From Paramecium tetraurelia (Eukaryota): a stretch of 64,000 nucleotides of DNA. The position numbers were made by a program, and so were the translations under genes. The stretch is from positions 248,001 to 312,000 of the forward strand of contig CT868507.1 in the NCBI GenBank assembly GCA_000165425.1, given 5' to 3'. Below the pieces are notes generated by a model, which did no database searches, was not told the DNA's origin, and saw only the letters and a program-made list of their open reading frames with translations. Positions 58,262-64,000 of the stretch are shown here, piece after piece (position 1 is the first letter of the stretch; the number at the start of each line of letters is the position of its first letter).

Positions 58262-58569
58262 TTATTAATTTGTTAACTAGTTACATGATTATATAAATGT
58301 ATTAAAAAAAAGATTAAATGTCATGTAAATTGATATTTTTATTTAATCTCATAAATTTAAAAGAGAGCAAAGTAGATTATGTAAATAATTGAAATCATTG
58401 AATTAGAAATAAAATCATGCATGAAAGAGTTTGATAAAATGAAAATAATACAAATTTTTACTATTCAAATTAAAATAATAAATTAAATAATGGTTGAAAT
58501 TAGTTCAACATACTTTATTAAGTTCTACTGCTGTTATAATTTTTAGAACCTATCAACAATCCGAAGAAT

Positions 58570-59075
58570 ATTTTGGATTTTGTTATGGCATAAATTAAAC
58601 AAAAACATTCAAATGTCAATAAAGACATTTTTAGAAAGAAAAATTTTATTTTAAATAATTCATCCCTTATTTCTTGTCTTTTTAAAGATTTTATCAACAA
58701 GATTTAGCCTCTTAAGTGGCCTCATATTTTTGTGCTTTGGATGGATTTATTCTTTTAGATTATAATATATTTTTGATTTCATATATTTCTATTCGTAATT
58801 ACGCTGGCTTTAAGTTTCAAATTTAAGTTTCTTTTTCATCAGTCAAACAGTAGAACAGCAATTTTTCTTAATTACACTTACTCAAGAGAAGATTTCAAGA
58901 GTATCCCTCTATTCATGTAGGTAGACTTTCATACACTTTGTGTATTCAGAATGAATTTAAACTTCAACCGGTTATTGAGTTTAAGAATTCAATCATTTAT
59001 ATTATTCTTGTGAATTGTATAATACTTTTGGAATAACTGTGAAGGAAGCATAGGTTATTGAATTCTTGATGACAT
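58570..59075 (-). pseudogene. probable pseudogene of an unknown protein
   Basis: ATG at 59075 is followed by protein-like frames interrupted by several TGA codons and at least one frameshift. I found no micro-intron that rescues them. Confidence 0.4.
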
Positions 59076-59093
59076 TAATTATTAAATTATAAA

Positions 59094-59618
59094 TCACACA
59101 GCCATAGAGTAATTATTTAGTTTGTAAAGATGTTAATTTTTTGCTGATTTGATCAAATTGTCTACTTGAATGTACAAAGGACTTTTGGGGATCTTGGGAG
59201 AAATTAAGGTTACATTTTTTGATTCTCGAAGGACTGAACCTCTGATTAAAAATAAAACATAATACTCAGTGCGAAGTCGAGTGGTGCCATTTTTGCTTTG
59301 CGATCTGGATTTATATAATGAAGTGTTGTTTGAACGATTTTCATTGACTGATGGTTGTTTTTTGGGTTTGAGCAATCGTATTAGTAATGTTTTGCTGGTC
59401 TTGGGCATAGTACGTTCAGTTTCCATAGATTTATTACGGATGGGTTTGCATAAATTGTATAATCCAATGTTTTTCAAAGAATCTAATGAATCATCATCTG
59501 AAAAATCATTCCCTTCTCGTTCAAATACATAATTATGGTTATGACGACTCTTTGCAAATCGCTTCTCTATTTCCTACTTGAACTCGATTGTTTGTAATCT
59601 CACAAGCTCCTCAGACAT
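59094..59618 (-). CDS. hypothetical basic Ser-rich protein
   Basis: Reads MSEELVRLQTIEFKQEIEKRF..NNYSMAV* over a 525-nt open frame. Possible 24-nt intron at 59242-59265. Confidence 0.7.
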
Positions 59619-60062
59619 AATATATCGTTAGAATTTTAATTAAATTAATATCAAAATGAGTGATACCACAGGCATCATTACATACAGCATTAATTATGTT
59701 AGTTTAATAACTGTAGAGAGAATGAACATCATGTATAGTAGATATTACTGAGACACATCATTAAAATTATACAATCAGTTATGAAGTGAATTAGAAAATT
59801 GTTTGCTAATAATAGAATTATACATTTTTGATTGCCATCTCAATGGAGGATCTTATAGGAATTCGTTACTCTAGATTTAACAATACAAAGAAGAATTATA
59901 TGTATAGGAAGTGAATATTGAGATGTCATAATAAAATCAATGAGTTTAATTAGGTGATATCTAATTATGCAAAAATATGTGTACATATTTAAATTGGGTG
60001 TCAAATATTTCCATACTTTTGGGTTAATAAAATTTATTTAATTTGTTTGACCAATTATTTTA

Positions 60063-61701
60063 ATGAAATTAATGAAATCATAGTAATTGCAAAAAGACTT
60101 GGAAGCATTTCAAAAATAGCTCAAATTAACACTTCCGACCATAATTAATAGAGTGACTAAGGATATAGGATAATTGCTGTATTTTGAGAAATTGTTTAAG
60201 GACACAAAGCCAAATTCAGTCTAAGAATTATATTATCTCAGTCTTCTTAGATTGGATCCCCATATAGCAAGACAATAGCCGCAATTAGAAGAACCTATTC
60301 AGAATATTAATGAAATGATACATCTATACTTTGAATAGCAAGCAGTGAAATTATAAGAAATGGTATTGTTAGAAAAAGAACTCAAAATGATGAGAGAATT
60401 GGAAGAATTGTAAGTGAGTTAGGAGAGTACACAAATATTAAAATACTTGCCATAGAAGTGGAATAGTAAAAAGGAATGGAAGTCGAAAAATAAAACATGG
60501 GAAGAAAGTATGCAATACAATCAAAAGGAAATATTGGAGATAAACACAATCACCAAATTGTGATTAGTGTTTCTGTGGAAATCAATTACATTATAAGTAA
60601 ATAGTAAAATGTCAATTGTGTGAAAAATATTATCATATTAATTGTGTAGGTACAAGTTACGATGAAAGATATGTTAAACATTTCACATGTCCAAGATGTA
60701 CCTTGTATCATATGGATTAATTTTGCGAAGTGATCTCAGTTATCATAGAACCATTTTCATTTAAGAAAACAGGGTTAACCAGCACTAAATCTGTTAAATT
60801 TAAATCAGATACTAATAAAATTGATATCAGATGCATTAGAATGGATTGTCCCCTATCAGCAGAAGAACTCACATGGCCAGATCTAGGAGAATTACATATT
60901 AACAATAAGAAAGTGGCTGAATTTATTCCATTGGCTTAGTAGAGTTGTCAACATAAACGTAAAGATGAGAAGTTGATATTCACAATTCCATAAAACGAAG
61001 AGTGCACTCTAATGTTGAAAGAAATAATCCCTGGGATGGAGTAGAAGAGAAAATATAGAATCCAAGGAGAATAGTTGCATTATATTGCTGCCTACAAAAC
61101 TAAACAGTATTCTGCAAAATAACTTATAGAAAAGATTATTACTTCAAGTGAAAATTGGATGAGTGTAGAACAAGCATAGGATTTTATTATACTATAGATG
61201 AACTATATATCATCTACTGGTATCAAGTAAATTAAATAAACTATTTCTTTGTTGTGTTGCTTATGTTCCACTTTGATGGTCACACCTGTCAGGGGAATCT
61301 ATTGCAATCATATCTAATGTTTCTCTCTAGAAAATTATTTAATGATGCTTGAATTGTCAAATCCAAGGAAATGGAGATGTCCCATCTGTAAAGCTAAGTT
61401 GTTCAAATTATAAATTGATGCTCTATAATATACAATCTTGTAGACTATTAGACAATATAATTTATAAGAGAAGTACACAGAAATATCATTCGATCATATG
61501 GGTAACTTATTGGATGATCTCGTTCAAAAATATCTAGATTTTAATATTTTACCAGAACATGCTAAAACTAGTAGAAATCGAATCTTGCAATTAGAAAACT
61601 TAAGCAATTAAGAAAATTAAAGTGAGAATGAGAATGAAATAAATGAATCTGAATAACAAAGCAATAAACCACTTAATCCTAACTCAATTGTTATAGAATG
61701 A
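60063..61701 (+). CDS. SIZ/PIAS-type SUMO E3 ligase (PHD + SP-RING/MIZ finger)
   Basis: PHD: CFCGNQ..VKCQLCEKYYHINCV..FTCPRC. Central WPDLGELHINNK. SP-RING: ISLLCCLCSTLMVTPVRGIYCNHIQCFSLENYL..WRCPICK. SIM-like SIVIE at the C-terminus. Confidence 0.88.
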
Positions 61702-62043
61702 ATATTCAATTATAATTATATGATAAATTATTAAATGATATATATTAATTATGGTAATCTTATATTACTTATTTTTTATTCTAAAATATTCTTAGATCTA
61801 AATTATCAAGTAACAACAAGATTCTAATACAAACCTAGAAGGTTAAATGAAAGGTCAAGAGGAACTAAATAAATATTATTGATATTTTAGAAAAGAATAG
61901 CATTTGTAAATAAGTTATTATTATTAGATTACGATTTAAAGTCATAGATATCTGAATTTATATGATGAAAGGAAATTGAGTTTGCAAAATCTCATTTGAA
62001 TGTTTTATAAAATATTAATTAAATTAGATCTATCATATCTACT

Positions 62044-63988
62044 TCAGCCAAAGTAAATCTTTTATTTTTCCCTTATGTGTTGAACTTAATCTCTTATTTA
62101 TGGTGGACATGAACCACAGTCATCAAGTCCGAAATGATACTTCTACACTTCACAATCAGTAAAGTAGGTAAGCAGTAAGGCATCTGCACTTTGTCCAAAC
62201 ATATCCATAAATAGAGTGGCTATTGACAATGTAATAAATGCAATAATTGCAAAAGTATACAATTGAAGTGTAAAGTCAGTCTACTCCTTAACATAAATGA
62301 ATGTTCCGATAGTTGTTATTAGAAATATAAACATTTTGCTAAAGTGAGTGAATTGTTCCCCCAATCCTGAAAGAGTTTCAAAATCTTAATGGTTTCTTTT
62401 AATTACGAAATGAACGGCTTTGCTTGATTCAAAGTAATCTGCTGAGGTCATCACAATGTACACAAAAGCATAGTTGTTAATGTACATTATGAAATTCTCA
62501 CAAACACAGCACAAACACAAAGAAATAGATGCAAAACAATTCAAAATAATATTATGTCTCTTCAATCTGCATCGATTAAGTGAATCCTATCATGTAAATT
62601 AAACTCTTACATAGATTAGATTGAATGCTTTTGATATCCCACTAAAAAAGAAACTGTAAATTGCTTCAGCAGTGATACTGCCATTATGGTATTGCACAGC
62701 TAATTTGAAACTATCCCATAAAAACCCGTTGTTGGAAGATGCATGAAAGTACCAAAGTGTGGCTGTTGAAGCATTTAGGAATCTGGCCAAGGATAGGATA
62801 TATTGCATTAACCAAATTAAGGCTAGTACAGTAATCATCAATTTAATTAAAGTATCAAATTTGAGTTGAATTTTTTCAAATGGATAAATTTATGAATCTA
62901 AAGAGTAATCCATTTATTGTTCAGAAAGTACTGCCAAAGCACTTGCTATCCATATCAATAGAGTAGACATCACTAAGAAAAAGAACACTATAGGCACAAT
63001 GATGATTGTTTTGTTTTAATACAAGAATGTTGTTGCCAATTTAACAAGAGATATCATGAACTTCATCTTCTTTAGATTCCAACATAATGTAAATATTGCA
63101 TATACACATAGTACTGCAAATGTGATTGATGCTGCCAACATATATGGACTCCATGCATATGTTGATTTGTCGAAATAAGGAAATAAACTAATTAAAATTA
63201 AAAGAATACATACTCTAAAGGGGATCTCATGAAATATAATAGAAAATATGCACTAAGGAAACCAGTTAAAGAGATATAGACTAATATGAATAAATAAACT
63301 ATGAGTGTAGTACACAAACCAATCATAATTGTGAAAAAGAATGCCAACAAAAAGGCAGCCCCTCCACTAATAGCAATAATAGGCAAATTGGCTTAGGTAT
63401 TCACTAAAGCTTACTAAATTTCCCCTACTAAAATTGCTGGTTACACTGTTTTTTTGAAATTTTCATCTCTTGGCAAACAGATGTTACCTGAATACTTATC
63501 AGAATCATAAATCAAGACTCGTTTCTCAGGATCTGATGGACTTGCATTATTGTGGCAGTCCTTGACTACGTTATTTGGAGCACATAACAATTGTTAATCT
63601 TCTTATTTAGGACACTTTTCCACACAAACTGTTCTATAAAGATATTTCTAAAGCCATATATGAAGAACCTCACCTCATCTGGAGTTACGAAATAAATGAA
63701 AGGAAACTTATTCAAATTTCCTTAACCACATTCCCTTCCTTCAGAATCTACAGGGGTGTAAAGTCTCTCGATATGTTGACTACTGTATGTCAAGAAATAA
63801 AAGTATCCCAAAGCTCCAATGGACAGTAAAAACAATAAGCAGCAACATACATTAGTACATGATCTATTTTAGTTTGGACCATTTTTTAAATAAACAGGAG
63901 GAATGTAACTCATATTGGTTTACTAGGAATAGAGTGCTATGACAGTTTCTCCTTATTCCTCTCCAACCTCTGATCTGCGTTGAAACAT
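62044..63988 (-). CDS. choline transporter-like protein (CTL/SLC44 family)
   Basis: Motifs NRSCTNVCCCLLF, YTPVDSEGRECG, RTVCVEKCP, about 10 hydrophobic segments, YHNGSI, NNYAFVYIVMTSADYFESSKAVHFVIKRN and FGQSADALLLTYFTD. Confidence 0.9.
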
Positions 63989-64000
63989 TAAAAATAATAT

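Noticed and set aside
59656..59960. ATG-initiated plus-strand fragment between two genes
   Set aside because: All frames hit TGA early, no convincing intron rescues them, and no domain is recognisable. It could be a remnant but is not supportable.

Overview
Very AT-rich, gene-dense eukaryotic DNA from a ciliate macronuclear chromosome, most consistent with Paramecium. Conserved proteins read through TAA/TAG as Gln (code 6) and stop only at TGA. Genes carry 20-32 nt GT..AG micro-introns, and some spacers are only 4-30 nt. The supplied standard-code ORF track is therefore fragmented, so I re-translated the genes by hand. About 32 genes are supported. Recognisable ones are a CAMK-type kinase, SRPK, FKBP-TPR, a Sec5-like protein, PP1c, an ABCC/MRP transporter, an EH-domain protein, an alpha/beta hydrolase, TOR, a stand-alone response-regulator receiver, DBP10/DDX54, prohibitin, AcnA/IRP-type aconitase, a SERBP1/Stm1-like protein, a DUSP-like pseudophosphatase, a SIZ/PIAS SUMO ligase and a CTL/SLC44 transporter. 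The rest are hypothetical proteins, plus a few probable decayed genes. I found no rRNA, tRNA, CRISPR array, telomere or transposon, and no evidence for a new multi-gene system. The best leads are: (1) TOR has Trp at the rapamycin-critical Ser2035 position; (2) an intron-containing single-domain CheY-like receiver; (3) PP1 reads in frame into the next gene as written; (4) single-base homopolymer indels in TOR, PP1 and prohibitin, probably assembly errors; (5) extreme gene packing. All family assignments come from remembered motifs, not database searches.
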